From: Myxococcota bacterium
GTDB taxonomy: Bacteria > Myxococcota_A > UBA9160 > UBA4427
Direction: 5' to 3'
Length of the DNA: 64,000 nucleotides
Assembly: GCA_965250285.1 (NCBI GenBank)
Contig: OZ252299.1
Location: 3,552,001-3,616,000 of the forward strand
Part shown: piece after piece, positions 47,413-57,380 of the stretch
How the letters are laid out: the number at the start of each line of letters is the position of its first letter
How positions within the stretch are numbered: the first letter of the stretch is position 1
Program-made: the position numbers and the translations under genes
Notes under the pieces: model-generated
Seen by the model: the letters and a program-made list of their open reading frames with translations, nothing else
What the model was told of the DNA's origin: nothing
The model's database searches: none

Positions 47413-48267
47413 TCAGTCGAGCTGGATGATGTCGAGCCCCTCGACGTCGCCGTAGGGGTTCGTCGGGTTTCGGCTTGCTTCGATGTCGGCATAGCGAACC
47501 CGAAGCGCCTGCTTCGTGATGTCGTGGGTGAAGATCCAGAACTTGTCCTGGCGCATCGCCTCGACGATGTCGCCCGCGACCTGCGTCGTCGTGATGCCCA
47601 TGGCGGTGATCGCTTCGCGCAGGGGCGCGATCGTCGCGGTCTGCGCCGCGGTCATCTCGGCGCCGTCGTCGCGGTTGCGCTCCGAGTGAAAGATGCCGGT
47701 GTTCACCAGGTTCGGGCAGAGGCAGTGCACCGATACGCCCGTGCCCTCGAGCTCGCGAAAGAGCGATTCTGAGAGGCCGACGACCGCGTGCTTCGTCGCC
47801 GTGTACATGCCGAGCACGGCGCTCGATACGTGACCCGCTTCGCTCGCCGTGTTGATGATGTGGCCCTCGCCCGCCTCTTTCAGGATCGGTCCGAAGGTCG
47901 TGACACCGTAGGCGACGCCGAGCACGTTCACGTCGACGATCCACTTCCAGTCGGCCGGGGTCGTCTCGAGCATCGGCCCGACCGGCGCCACGCCGGCATT
48001 GTTGACGACGACGTGCACTGCGCCGTAGTGCTCGAGGGTGCGGTCGGCGAGCTCGCGGACCGACTCGGGGTCGCGCACGTCGCAGACGACCCCGACGACG
48101 TCGGCCCCCTCACCCGAGAGACGCGACGTCTCTCGGTCGAGCGAACCCTGCTCGATGTCGGCCATCACGACCTTCATGCCTTCGGCGACGAAGCGCTCGG
48201 TGACCCCCAGACCGATGCCACCCGCGGCACCGGTCACGACGGCGACCTTCCCGTTGAAATCCTGCAT
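47413..48267 (-). CDS. SDR family oxidoreductase
   Basis: TGAAGGIG, NNAGV, NTAS, YTATK; GAGGAG RBS. Confidence 0.95.
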   Translation of the reverse strand: MQDFNGKVAVVTGAAGGIGLGVTERFVAEGMKVVMADIEQGSLDRETSRLSGEGADVVGVVCDVRDPESVRELADRTLEHYGAVHVVVNNAGVAPVGPMLETTPADWKWIVDVNVLGVAYGVTTFGPILKEAGEGHIINTASEAGHVSSAVLGMYTATKHAVVGLSESLFRELEGTGVSVHCLCPNLVNTGIFHSERNRDDGAEMTAAQTATIAPLREAITAMGITTTQVAGDIVEAMRQDKFWIFTHDITKQALRVRYADIEASRNPTNPYGDVEGLDIIQLD

Positions 48268-48492
48268 TTCTCTCTCCTCGTCGCAGCGCTCGATCGAGCG
48301 CTCGTCACGCGATTCGTCCCGCGGCGAGGCGCGCGGGGCCCCGAGTCTAGCCGCCGCGGAGCCGGTCCGACGGCGCGGGTTCACGCGTCGGCGAGGCGCA
48401 ACGTGCGACTGCGCGGGGCCACGGGCCGGCCCGACCCGTTCGACCCGGGTCGGAAGACGGGCCACCATGTCGAAGCGACGCCCGAAGAAGCC

Positions 48493-49191
48493 ATGGAGAC
48501 GAGCGTGCAAGCCGATTTCTGGAAGAACCGCTGGGAGCAGCATCAGCTCGGCTGGCATCAGCCGAAAGCAAACCCGGCGCTCGTGCGCGAGTGGCCCGGG
48601 CTCGGCCTCGACGCGAGCGCGCCGGTCTTCGTGCCGCTCTGCGGCAAGAGCCTCGACATGCACTGGCTGCGCGAGCGGGGCCACGAGATCGTGGGGTGCG
48701 AGCTCTCACCGATCGCGTGCCGCGAGTTCTTCGCCGAAGCCGAGATTCCGGTCACGCCGGTGCCCGACGGCGCGCGTGAGCGCTACGAGGCCGCGGGCTA
48801 TCGACTGATCTGCGGCGACTTCTTCGACCTGACGCCTGAAGACCTCGAAGGGGTCGGCGGCGTCTTCGATCGCGGCGCACTCATCGCACTGCCACCCGCC
48901 ATGCGCGCCCGCTACGCCGAGCACATGGCGCACATTCTGCCCGCGGCGGTCGAGATCTTGCTCGTCACCCTCGAGTACGACCAGTCGGTGGTCGACGGCC
49001 CGCCGCACTCGGTGCCGACCGATGAGGTCGAAGCGCTCTTCGGCCGAAGCTTCGCGGCCGAGCGCCTTCATCTTTCCGAGCCGTCGAAGCCCCAGCAGCC
49101 GCGCTTCGAGGCGGCTGGCCTCGAGGTGTGGCAGGAGGCGATCTGGCGCATCACACGCACACCGGGCGGGTCGACCGGCGCGACGAGCTAG
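48493..49191 (+). CDS. tpm: Thiopurine S-methyltransferase (Se/Te methylase family)
   Basis: FWKNRW....GWHQ, VFVPLCGKSLDM.WL, GCELS, CGDFF, DRGALIALP, GPPHSV; start may be GTG 48505. Confidence 0.93.
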   Translation: METSVQADFWKNRWEQHQLGWHQPKANPALVREWPGLGLDASAPVFVPLCGKSLDMHWLRERGHEIVGCELSPIACREFFAEAEIPVTPVPDGARERYEAAGYRLICGDFFDLTPEDLEGVGGVFDRGALIALPPAMRARYAEHMAHILPAAVEILLVTLEYDQSVVDGPPHSVPTDEVEALFGRSFAAERLHLSEPSKPQQPRFEAAGLEVWQEAIWRITRTPGGSTGATS

Positions 49192-49640
49192 AGGTGGGTC
49201 AAGCCGTACCAGCCCGTCTGGAAGAGCATGATCACCAGACACACCTCGGCGAGGAGGAACGAGCCCGAGCGCCACGGCTGCATCGCCTTCAGGTAAGCCA
49301 CCGTGAAGACGGTTCGCAACAGGGTGAAGACGACGAAGACACCGGTGGCAAGCCCGCTGCCAGGATCGGTCGCGAGATAGATCATGCCGAGGATCAAGAA
49401 GGGATACGTACTCTCGACGTGATTTCGGTGAAGCCGCTCATAGCGTGAGATCTCGGGGTGCGGCGCGCCGACCTCGCCATCGTCGAGATTGAACGCAGCA
49501 AAGTCTTCTTCGTTCGTCGCGTGACCGACGGCGATTCGCCGAAAGCCGGTCAGATGCCCGACCCCGAGCATCAGCAGAATCAGGTAGCTCGAACACAGGG
49601 CGAACATCGGAAAGGCATCGTGTTGCAGGAGCTGGCTCAC
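49188..49640 (-). CDS. MAPEG family membrane protein (microsomal GST-like)
   Basis: NEED, ERLHRNHVE, four TM helices, QPWRS. Confidence 0.9.
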   Translation of the reverse strand: MSQLLQHDAFPMFALCSSYLILLMLGVGHLTGFRRIAVGHATNEEDFAAFNLDDGEVGAPHPEISRYERLHRNHVESTYPFLILGMIYLATDPGSGLATGVFVVFTLLRTVFTVAYLKAMQPWRSGSFLLAEVCLVIMLFQTGWYGLTHL

Positions 49641-49698
49641 GGTGTTTCCTCCAAAGCTTGAGTCGGCCGGTGCGCGTCGAGCGACGGCCGATCGCCCG

Positions 49699-50472
49699 TC
49701 AGGCGCAGAAGCCGCCGTCGACCGGGATCTCGGTGCCGGTGATGAAGCTCGACTCGTCCGAGGCGAGATAGACGGCGAGCGACGCGACCTCGCCCGCCTG
49801 CCCGAGCCGGTTCATCGGATGAGCCGCCCCCAGCGCAGCGCGCGCGGCCTCGGGATCGCCCCCGGCTTCGAGGAACGGCGTCACCATCGGCGTCTCGATC
49901 GCGCCGGGATGGATCGAGTTGCAGCGAATCGGCCAGCCCGCCTCGGCACAGCGCAGCGCGACCGACTTCGAGAGCATCCACACCGCCGCCTTGCTGGCGC
50001 CGTAGACCGGGAAGAGCGAGCCACCTCGAATCCCCCAGGTCGACGACACGTTGATGATCGAGCCCGGCGCCTCGCTGCGGCGAATCGCTTCGAGGCCGTA
50101 CTTGCAGCCGAGGAAGACGCCGTCGGCGTTGATCGCCATGGTCTGCTTCCACTGGGCGTAGTCGACCATGTCGATCGGCCCGCCGGTGCTGATGCCCGCC
50201 GAGTTCATCACCACGTGGATCGCGCCGAAGGCGGCTTCGGCCTCGGGCACGTGCTCGATCCACTGGGCCTCGTCGGTCACGTCGTGCTGGATGAAGTGCG
50301 CCGCTTCGCCGAGCTCGGCCGCGAGCTTCTCGCCGCGTTCCTGCTGCAGGTCGAGCAGCACGACGCGCGCGCCCTCGGCCAGCATCTGCCGCGCAGTCTC
50401 TTCGCCGATCCCCGAGGCGCCCCCGGTGATGAGCGCCACCTTGCCTGCCAATCGTCCGGCCTCGAAAGCCAC
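49699..50472 (-). CDS. SDR family oxidoreductase (hydroxysteroid dehydrogenase-like)
   Basis: GRLAGKVALITGGASGIG, NSAG, YGASK, IRCNSIHPG, VDGG; GAGGAGG RBS. Confidence 0.95.
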   Translation of the reverse strand: MAFEAGRLAGKVALITGGASGIGEETARQMLAEGARVVLLDLQQERGEKLAAELGEAAHFIQHDVTDEAQWIEHVPEAEAAFGAIHVVMNSAGISTGGPIDMVDYAQWKQTMAINADGVFLGCKYGLEAIRRSEAPGSIINVSSTWGIRGGSLFPVYGASKAAVWMLSKSVALRCAEAGWPIRCNSIHPGAIETPMVTPFLEAGGDPEAARAALGAAHPMNRLGQAGEVASLAVYLASDESSFITGTEIPVDGGFCA

Positions 50473-50694
50473 GGCTTCCTCCTCTGTGAGAGCCGGCGAT
50501 GGTAACCCGCCCGGCCGACACGGTGGAACGCCGAACGGAACGAACGTCCACAACGAATCGGACATACCCGAAGCGCGATGGGGTATCCCAGGTGAGGCGA
50601 CCCAGCCCCGCGCGCCGGCGGATCGGTCGACGGTCGAGTCCTGCCGCGCGCGGTGTATTCTGAGAAGCCACTCCGCCCTGCTACGGAGATCCAG

Positions 50695-51783
50695 ATGAGC
50701 ACGCACACATCCTCGCCCCCCGCCGGCCTGCCCCGAGACTACGCGAGCGCGCGACGCGATTTTCTCGCGGCGTGCGAGACGGCCGGCGCCACGGTCCGCA
50801 GCGCGGTGCACCCCCAAGCCGGGCCCGATGGCGAGATCGCCATGGACATCGCATCGCTGGGCCCCGCGCATGCAAAGAGCGCGGTCTTCGTCGTGAGCGG
50901 GACCCACGGTGTGGAGGGCTACGCGGGCTCGCCGCTGCAGACCCATTGGTTGCTGAACCACGCGAGCTCGCAGCCCGAAGGCGTGCGCAGTGTCTGGCTG
51001 CACGCGCACAACCCGCATGGGTTCGCCTGGACGCGTCGTGTGAACGAAGACAACGTCGATCTCAATCGCAACTACATCGACTGGGCGGAAGCTCCCGTGC
51101 AGAACCCCGGGTATGACCAGCTCGCCGATCTCCTTGTGCCCGCCGACTGGAGTGAGGCTTCGCAGCAGAGCTCGACCAAAGCGCTGCTCGAGTTCGCGGC
51201 CGAGCACGGCATGGCGCAGATGCAGGCGCACATCAGTCAGGGGCAGTACGCACATCCGACCGGGGTCTTCTACGGCGGATCGGGGCCGACGTGGTCTCAT
51301 GAGCAGATGCATGAGATCACGCGCCGCGAGCTCGCAGGCCTCGACCGCGTGGCGGTGATCGATCTGCATACCGGTCTCGGCGAGTGGGGATACGGCGAGA
51401 TGATCAGCCACCACGCGATGGGTTCGAATGCCTACCAGCGCGCGGCGCAGTGGTGGAAGGGCGTTCGCTCCATGGTCGATGGCGACAGTGTGTCGGCGCG
51501 GCTCTACGGCGACTGGCTCGATCGCTTCGACGACTGGATGGCAGGCACCGAGGTCACCTCGGCCGCGCTCGAGTACGGCACCGTCGATCTGATCGCGGTG
51601 CTGCAGTCGCTGCGCGCCGATGCGTGGCTACACGGTCATGGCGATCCGCACGGCGCCGCGGCCGAAGGCGTGCGCCGCCAGGTGCGCGCCGCCTTCGCCG
51701 ACGACGACCCCGCTTGGATCGCGAAGCTCTGGCCGCGATTCGTCGAGGTCCTCGAGGCGAGCTACACGCAACTCGCGCCGTGA
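50695..51783 (+). CDS. M14-like metallopeptidase (DUF2817 family)
   Basis: SGTHGVEG, NPHGF, RRVNEDNVDLNRN, DLHTGLG, EYGT motifs. Confidence 0.9.
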   Translation: MSTHTSSPPAGLPRDYASARRDFLAACETAGATVRSAVHPQAGPDGEIAMDIASLGPAHAKSAVFVVSGTHGVEGYAGSPLQTHWLLNHASSQPEGVRSVWLHAHNPHGFAWTRRVNEDNVDLNRNYIDWAEAPVQNPGYDQLADLLVPADWSEASQQSSTKALLEFAAEHGMAQMQAHISQGQYAHPTGVFYGGSGPTWSHEQMHEITRRELAGLDRVAVIDLHTGLGEWGYGEMISHHAMGSNAYQRAAQWWKGVRSMVDGDSVSARLYGDWLDRFDDWMAGTEVTSAALEYGTVDLIAVLQSLRADAWLHGHGDPHGAAAEGVRRQVRAAFADDDPAWIAKLWPRFVEVLEASYTQLAP

Positions 51784-51866
51784 GACCCTCGTGATCTTCG
51801 CTCTGAGCGCATGAAGCCCAGCCCTCGCTCCGGATCATGCCAGGGCGAAGCGCGTCGGCCCAGCGT

Positions 51867-54197
51867 TCACGGCCTCCGTGCGTCGCCCAGCGCGTAGTCG
51901 CACACGCCCGTCGGGAAGATCTGGTCGAGTTTGGCCCGCTGCGCCGCGTCGAAGACGACGCCCCCGTAGACACCCGCATCGATCGCATCGTCGACCGACT
52001 GCAGATGGCACTTGAAGACGTCGCCGGTGACCGGCCCGCCCGCGACGATGCGACTCGTCGAGTACGGCGGCAGCGCCTGTGCGCAGGGGCCCTCGGGCTC
52101 GTCGTTCAAGATGCCGTCCCAGGCGTCTTCACCCGCGTAGATCAAGGTGCCGTCGGGCGCGAAGCAGCTGTCGACGGCCATGGCGGGCTTGTTCTCTGCG
52201 ACGCTCAACCAGGGCTTCTCGGCGATGTTGCGCATCCACTCGTCGATCACCTCGAAGGCCATCGGCGTCTGGTCGAACTGCTCGAGGTCGGTCATCCAGA
52301 TCACCTGGTTCGACGCATCGCCGTCGTGATCGAGCAAGCGCTGGCGTGCGGCGAACGACTGGATCGAGTTGTGCATGTCGAGATCGGTCTCGAGATAGTT
52401 GCGCCAGTCGATGAGCGGAATCTCCACGTCGCCCGTCATCACGTGTCCCATCTCGTAGGCCCGCTCGATCGCGCTTGGGTCTGCCTCACGCCGCGGGGCC
52501 GGTGTCGCGCCGCCGTCGGGCGAGAGCGCCATGTTCCGCGCGCTCCAGTAGTCGATCGTGTTCGGCCAGATATCGGGGAACGGCGGCAGCACGAGTAGAC
52601 CGCCGAGATCCGTCGGGCACAGCTCGAAAATGAACGGGCAGCCCTCCTGGAGCATCTCCGACTCTTGCTTCCACGAGCCGACCTCGGCATTCAGCTTCAG
52701 AAACTCGTCCACGCCGATGAAGCCGTTCGTGAGGGCCTCGAGGCCGTACTGCACGCCGATGTTGTCCCAGGTGCTCGCCGCGAAGCCGTCGTCGGCCACG
52801 CCGTAGACGTTGATCGCGTCTGCGTAGTGCGTCCACTCGGTGGCGACCTGGTCTTCGAGCGAGATGCCCGGCGCAGTGCCGAAGAGCGGGTTGAGCGCGA
52901 GCGGCGACAGGCCACGCCATGCGTTCACGCATTCACTCGAGCCAGGCGGAAGGAAGGGAAAGAGCTGCAGAAAGTCGTTGTCGAAGCCGTTGATCGCGTT
53001 CAAGCCCTCGATCTGCGAGCGGCTCGGCCAATCGGCCCACTTCGTGTTGCCCGCGGCGACCTCGAAATCCATCCAGCGCTCGAGCAGCTCGCAGTCGCCG
53101 ATGTGAATCGTCTGCGAAACCATGTCGGGGTACGAGTACTGCGGCACGCCGGCGTCGATCAGCCCGCGATGATTCTGCCCGTACACGTACTGCTGGATAC
53201 CACCCCCCGAGCCGCCGACGCCGACGGTGTAGTCGGGGTCGCCGTATGCGGTGACGAAGCGATCCTTGACCATGACCGCCGTCTCGCCGCCGAGCACCAG
53301 GTTGTAGTGCGTGCCGGTCTTCGTGCCCGTCGAGTACGCGATGGCGTAGCCCAGACCGAGACCATGGTCGTAGAGCATGCGGCTTCGACTCGGGTCGCCC
53401 TGGTAGTGACCGATGCCGACACCGCCCTGGAAGTAGTAGATGAGGCGATGGTTCCAGGCCGAGAGATCGGGCTCGTCGACGTTCTGTGCATCGGGCGAAA
53501 GCACGGCGATCGAGTAGATGAAGCGATTGATCGTGCCGCGCTCCCAGCGAACGATGTAGTCGACCGTGTCCCCATCCATGGTGGTGGTCTGGGCGAGATC
53601 GGCGGGCGCCGGCGCGGCCGGATCGTAGTCGGCCCAGCCTCCACTCGTCGTGCGGTACTTGAACGAGACCACGGTCTCGACCGCGCAGTCTTCGTCGAGC
53701 GCTGGCCCGAGCTCGGCGTTCGCGCGGTCGCCGTCATCGGCGCACAAGAACACGTCTTGCTGCGGGCCCGAGAACATCGGCCCGCTCGAGGGATGGTTGG
53801 TCAGCACGACCTCGGTCTTCGGCGCATGGCCGAAGAAGCTGCGCGTGCCGACGCTGAGCACGTTGTCGCCGACGTCGAGACCGTCGACCACACCTTCGAG
53901 CACGAGCGGCCAGCGCTCGGTCACCTCGAAGCCGTCCTTCACGTCGCGGCCGTCGACCTCGATCTCGAGCCAGCGGCTCGAGAACGCGAGCGGTGCGATG
54001 ACGAGAACGCGCGCATCGCCTCCGCTCACCTGATCGGGCGGGCTCGACAGCACGTCGACGTAGTAGAACGAGCACGACGTCGGTGCCCCTGTGCCCATCA
54101 ACAAGAGCGCGGTCAGCGCGAGGAGCGCGGCGCGCGTGTGCCTTCGCATTCCATCGACTCGGCGATGCTGTTCTCGGTGCGACTGCAGCTCGGTCAT
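51867..54197 (-). CDS. Secreted DUF6351 family (tannase-like alpha/beta hydrolase) protein
   Basis: Signal peptide; VSGGDA, GPMFSGPQ, ERGTINRFIY, WNHRL, GGSGG nucleophile elbow, DNIGVQYGL, FPTGVCDY; start may be ~54149. Confidence 0.8.
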   Translation of the reverse strand: MTELQSHREQHRRVDGMRRHTRAALLALTALLLMGTGAPTSCSFYYVDVLSSPPDQVSGGDARVLVIAPLAFSSRWLEIEVDGRDVKDGFEVTERWPLVLEGVVDGLDVGDNVLSVGTRSFFGHAPKTEVVLTNHPSSGPMFSGPQQDVFLCADDGDRANAELGPALDEDCAVETVVSFKYRTTSGGWADYDPAAPAPADLAQTTTMDGDTVDYIVRWERGTINRFIYSIAVLSPDAQNVDEPDLSAWNHRLIYYFQGGVGIGHYQGDPSRSRMLYDHGLGLGYAIAYSTGTKTGTHYNLVLGGETAVMVKDRFVTAYGDPDYTVGVGGSGGGIQQYVYGQNHRGLIDAGVPQYSYPDMVSQTIHIGDCELLERWMDFEVAAGNTKWADWPSRSQIEGLNAINGFDNDFLQLFPFLPPGSSECVNAWRGLSPLALNPLFGTAPGISLEDQVATEWTHYADAINVYGVADDGFAASTWDNIGVQYGLEALTNGFIGVDEFLKLNAEVGSWKQESEMLQEGCPFIFELCPTDLGGLLVLPPFPDIWPNTIDYWSARNMALSPDGGATPAPRREADPSAIERAYEMGHVMTGDVEIPLIDWRNYLETDLDMHNSIQSFAARQRLLDHDGDASNQVIWMTDLEQFDQTPMAFEVIDEWMRNIAEKPWLSVAENKPAMAVDSCFAPDGTLIYAGEDAWDGILNDEPEGPCAQALPPYSTSRIVAGGPVTGDVFKCHLQSVDDAIDAGVYGGVVFDAAQRAKLDQIFPTGVCDYALGDARRP

Positions 54198-54372
54198 GAC
54201 GGCGCCCTCCTCGATCCGCGGGGTCGGTCCATTCTATGAGCCAGATCGAAATCGGGACAAGCGAGAAGAGACCGAGGCGTGAGGGGAGGAGCCAACACCC
54301 TGTGGGCGAGACTCGCCGACGTCTTGCTGAGCGCGCGGCGCCCGCCGTAGCACGCTGACCCGCGACGCAGAC

Positions 54373-55317
54373 TCAGTCGCTGGCTGCGCGCCGCAAGCGA
54401 TCGCGAATCGCCGCCCAGGCCGGTCCTTCGGGGGGCGCGCGTACGACGATGCGCTCGACGTTCGCATCCGCCTCGAGCCGACGCAGCTCGGCGTAGAGCA
54501 TGGCCCCGGCGCGCGCGGCGTCGGCGGGCAGCTCGATCACCCCCACGCCGGGCGCGGTCGCCACTGCGCTCGAAGAGGCGTCGACGATCGACAGCGGCTT
54601 GCTGGGTGCGTAGTGGCGAAGCCGTTGGCCGGGCGAACGTGCGGGCTCGGTCGCTTGCGCGCTCGAAGAGCTCGAATCGACGGCGTCGCCCGGCTCGACG
54701 ACCGAGGGGTCGAGGCGCAGCATGCCGGGGCGCAGCACGCGCGGCGGCGAGACGGTGACGTCGACCACGGTGCTCTCGATGCCCACCGCGCACGGCCCCC
54801 CGTCGATCACGACCAGATCGTCGACGTACGGGCCGAGCGAATCGACGACGTGCTGGGCCGTCGTCGGCGACACCTGCTCGGAGCGGTTCGCGCTCGGCGC
54901 CGCGATGGGCAGCGCCGCAGCGCGCAGCAGCGCCTGCGCCACCGGGTGATCGGGTACGCGCAGCGCGACGGTCGGCCCCGAAGCAGTGACTCGGTCGGGG
55001 ACGCTGGCCGCCTTCTCGACCACGAGCGTGAGCGGCCCGGGCCAGTGGGCCCGCGCGAGCTCGTCGGCCGCCGACGGCCAGGTCGACGCGAGCGTCCGGG
55101 CCGACTCGATGCCCTCGACGTGCACGATCAGCGGGTTGTCGGCCGGACGCCCCTTCGCGGCGAAGATGCGACCCACGGCCGCCGGGTCGAGCGCATGGGC
55201 CCCGAGCCCGTAGACCGTCTCGGTCGGGAACGCGACGAGCCCGCCCGCGCGCAGCACGCGCGCCGCTTCGGCCAGACCGGCGGCGTCGGGTTCGAGGATG
55301 CTCGGGGCCATCGCCAC
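54373..55317 (-). CDS. sua5: L-threonylcarbamoyladenylate synthase (Sua5 type)
   Basis: VAFPTETVYGLGA, KGRPADNPLIVH, WPGPLT, APSANRS, GIESTV, SPG...HYAP, AIRDRLRRAA. Confidence 0.96.
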   Translation of the reverse strand: MAMAPSILEPDAAGLAEAARVLRAGGLVAFPTETVYGLGAHALDPAAVGRIFAAKGRPADNPLIVHVEGIESARTLASTWPSAADELARAHWPGPLTLVVEKAASVPDRVTASGPTVALRVPDHPVAQALLRAAALPIAAPSANRSEQVSPTTAQHVVDSLGPYVDDLVVIDGGPCAVGIESTVVDVTVSPPRVLRPGMLRLDPSVVEPGDAVDSSSSSAQATEPARSPGQRLRHYAPSKPLSIVDASSSAVATAPGVGVIELPADAARAGAMLYAELRRLEADANVERIVVRAPPEGPAWAAIRDRLRRAASD

Positions 55318-55449
55318 GAGGGTATCCCGTACGCACGACGCCGCGAGCGCCGGTCGATGTCGACCGGTCGCTCGAACGCAGTGTCTCGGCTGGCCCGGCC
55401 CTGCGCCGATCGCGCACGCGCGACCGCCCCGTGCTTCGATCGACCTCGG

Positions 55450-55902
55450 TCAGCGCCTCGGGCGGGCGCCGACTGCGCCCACGGCGAGTCCGGTCGTGAT
55501 CGCGACCAGGGCGATCCACGAGAGCCAGTTCATCGTCGCGGCCAGGCCCGAAAGCGTGCGGCCCGCGCCGAGAAACAGATGCGCGCCGAGCAGCGCGGCC
55601 CCCCCGCCATTGCTGACGATGCCCATCGCGACGATGCCCCACGGCATGCGCCCTGCGCGCACCTCGAGCAGCCCGGCGGCGTACCCCACGATCAGCGCGA
55701 CGTAGCACCAGCCGAGCAGTCGAAGCGAGAAGAGCGGCGTCGGGACGACGCCCATCAGCGGCTCGAGCAGATCACGCGAAAAGAACAGAAACGGCATCGC
55801 CCAGAGCAGCGTCGTGAGGATGATCTTCAGCACGAGGGTGCGTTCGAGCAGCCGAAGCGAGCCTGCCTGCGTTCGTTCGAGGCCGCGAAGCAGCGATGAC
55901 AT
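55450..55902 (-). CDS. Hypothetical four-TM membrane protein
   Basis: Four hydrophobic helices; GGAG RBS; divergent from the GlxA-type regulator. Confidence 0.7.
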   Translation of the reverse strand: MSSLLRGLERTQAGSLRLLERTLVLKIILTTLLWAMPFLFFSRDLLEPLMGVVPTPLFSLRLLGWCYVALIVGYAAGLLEVRAGRMPWGIVAMGIVSNGGGAALLGAHLFLGAGRTLSGLAATMNWLSWIALVAITTGLAVGAVGARPRR

Positions 55903-56014
55903 GTGGCGTTCTCCCTGGCGACGACGCGCCGCGCGCTCCGCTGAGGCCAGGGGGCGCACCGTGCACGGCGGGTGTGTGGCGCCGATCATCGGGTCTCCGG
56001 GCCCGCACCGACAC

Positions 56015-56049
56015 TGGCGCGAAAGACGTTTTCTGTGCAAAATGCGCCA
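56015..56049. promoter_or_regulatory. TGGCGC-N23-GCGCCA inverted repeat around an AT-rich core; possible regulator site
   Basis: Directly abuts the ATG of the AraC/GlxA gene in the divergent intergenic region. Confidence 0.4.
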
Positions 56050-57069
56050 ATGCCGAAGCTCGCGATCCTCACGCTCGACGGGTGCCACGCCGGCACGGTG
56101 TACGGGCTGCGCGACCTCGTCGCCGCCGCGAATCGCGTGAGCGAGATCGCGGGCCGCGGGGCGGAGGCGCGGATCGACGTGCGCCTGCTCGGGCTCTCGA
56201 GATCGGCGGCGGTCGCGGCCGACGGCGGGGCGATCGAGGTCGACGGAACGCTTGCACGCGCGCGCAGGGTCGACGCGGTCGCGGTGCCCGGGTGCATGAC
56301 CGACCCGGAGCGTCTCGAAGAATGCATCGGCACCCACCACCGAGCCGCGGCCGCACTCGACCGCGCCCACGCCGCCGGTGCGATCGTGGCCGGTCACTGC
56401 AGCAGCATCTTCTTGCTCGGACAGGCTGGCCTGCTCGACGGACGCCGCGCCACCGTCACGTGGTGGGCGCAGCCGCTGTTTCGAAAGACGCACCCGCACG
56501 CCCGCCTCGACGAAGAAGAAGCGCTGACCGAGGACGGCCGGGTGCTCTGCTCGGCCGGCCCCTTCTCACACCATCGGCTCGGTCTCCGCCTGATCGAACG
56601 ACTCGTCGACGCCGAGATCGCTCGCCTGACGGCCCAGTTCTGCATGCTCGATCTCGCGTTCCCCGGCCAGTCGGCGTTTCGGTCGGCGGAGATTCAACAG
56701 CACGAGTACCCGCTCGCCTATGCAATCGAGCTGGTCGTGCGCCGCCGGCTCCCCGAGGTGCCCTCGGTTCGAGAGCTGGCGCGAGAGCTCGGGCTCTCGC
56801 ACCGAACCCTGCAGCGCAAGCTCGATCAGCTGGGGCTCGCGAGCCCCCGCACCCTCATCGAGCGCGTGCGCATCGACCGCGCCCGCGAGCTGCTCGGCGC
56901 CACCGAGACGCCGCTCGCTGAGATCGCGAGCCAGGTCGGCTACGCCGACGCGAGCCGGTTCGGTCGCGCATTCGCACGCGTCGTCGGCACGACTCCCGCC
57001 GATCACAGACGACGTCTTCGGCGAACGCAGAGCGCGATGTCGGCCCCAGCTCGCCCGCGCGGTCGCTAG
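56050..57069 (+). CDS. GlxA family regulator (DJ-1/PfpI domain + AraC HTH)
   Basis: GHCSSIFLLGQAGLLDGRRAT, LCSAG; C-terminal LARELGLSHRTLQR...IASQVGYAD...F.RAF...GTTP. Confidence 0.93.
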   Translation: MPKLAILTLDGCHAGTVYGLRDLVAAANRVSEIAGRGAEARIDVRLLGLSRSAAVAADGGAIEVDGTLARARRVDAVAVPGCMTDPERLEECIGTHHRAAAALDRAHAAGAIVAGHCSSIFLLGQAGLLDGRRATVTWWAQPLFRKTHPHARLDEEEALTEDGRVLCSAGPFSHHRLGLRLIERLVDAEIARLTAQFCMLDLAFPGQSAFRSAEIQQHEYPLAYAIELVVRRRLPEVPSVRELARELGLSHRTLQRKLDQLGLASPRTLIERVRIDRARELLGATETPLAEIASQVGYADASRFGRAFARVVGTTPADHRRRLRRTQSAMSAPARPRGR

Positions 57070-57380
57070 GGCGCGCCCGTCTCTTCGCCGATCTGCAGAC
57101 GGACCTCGATGCGGGTCGCGTTGCCCGCCTCGTCGGTGGCCCCCAGATCACGTTGCCCCAGGCCGCCCTCGCCGATCTCGAGCACGACCGTGGCTTCGCG
57201 TGCGGTCGACTCGTCGTCGCCGATCGTGGCGACCTCGTCGAACACGAGCCCGACCTCGGCGGCATCGATCTCGAACGTATCCGAGCCGGTCGAACCCGCT
57301 TCGGTGCACGCCGCGGTCACCGTCGCGACCAGCACGAGCATGGGCAGGCCCTTGAGTATCGAGCGGGGGCGTCGCGTCAT
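57066..57380 (-). CDS. Small hypothetical lipoprotein
   Basis: Basic N-terminus, hydrophobic core, TAAC lipobox-like site; ATGA overlap with the upstream giant gene. Confidence 0.55.
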   Translation of the reverse strand: MTRRPRSILKGLPMLVLVATVTAACTEAGSTGSDTFEIDAAEVGLVFDEVATIGDDESTAREATVVLEIGEGGLGQRDLGATDEAGNATRIEVRLQIGEETGAP

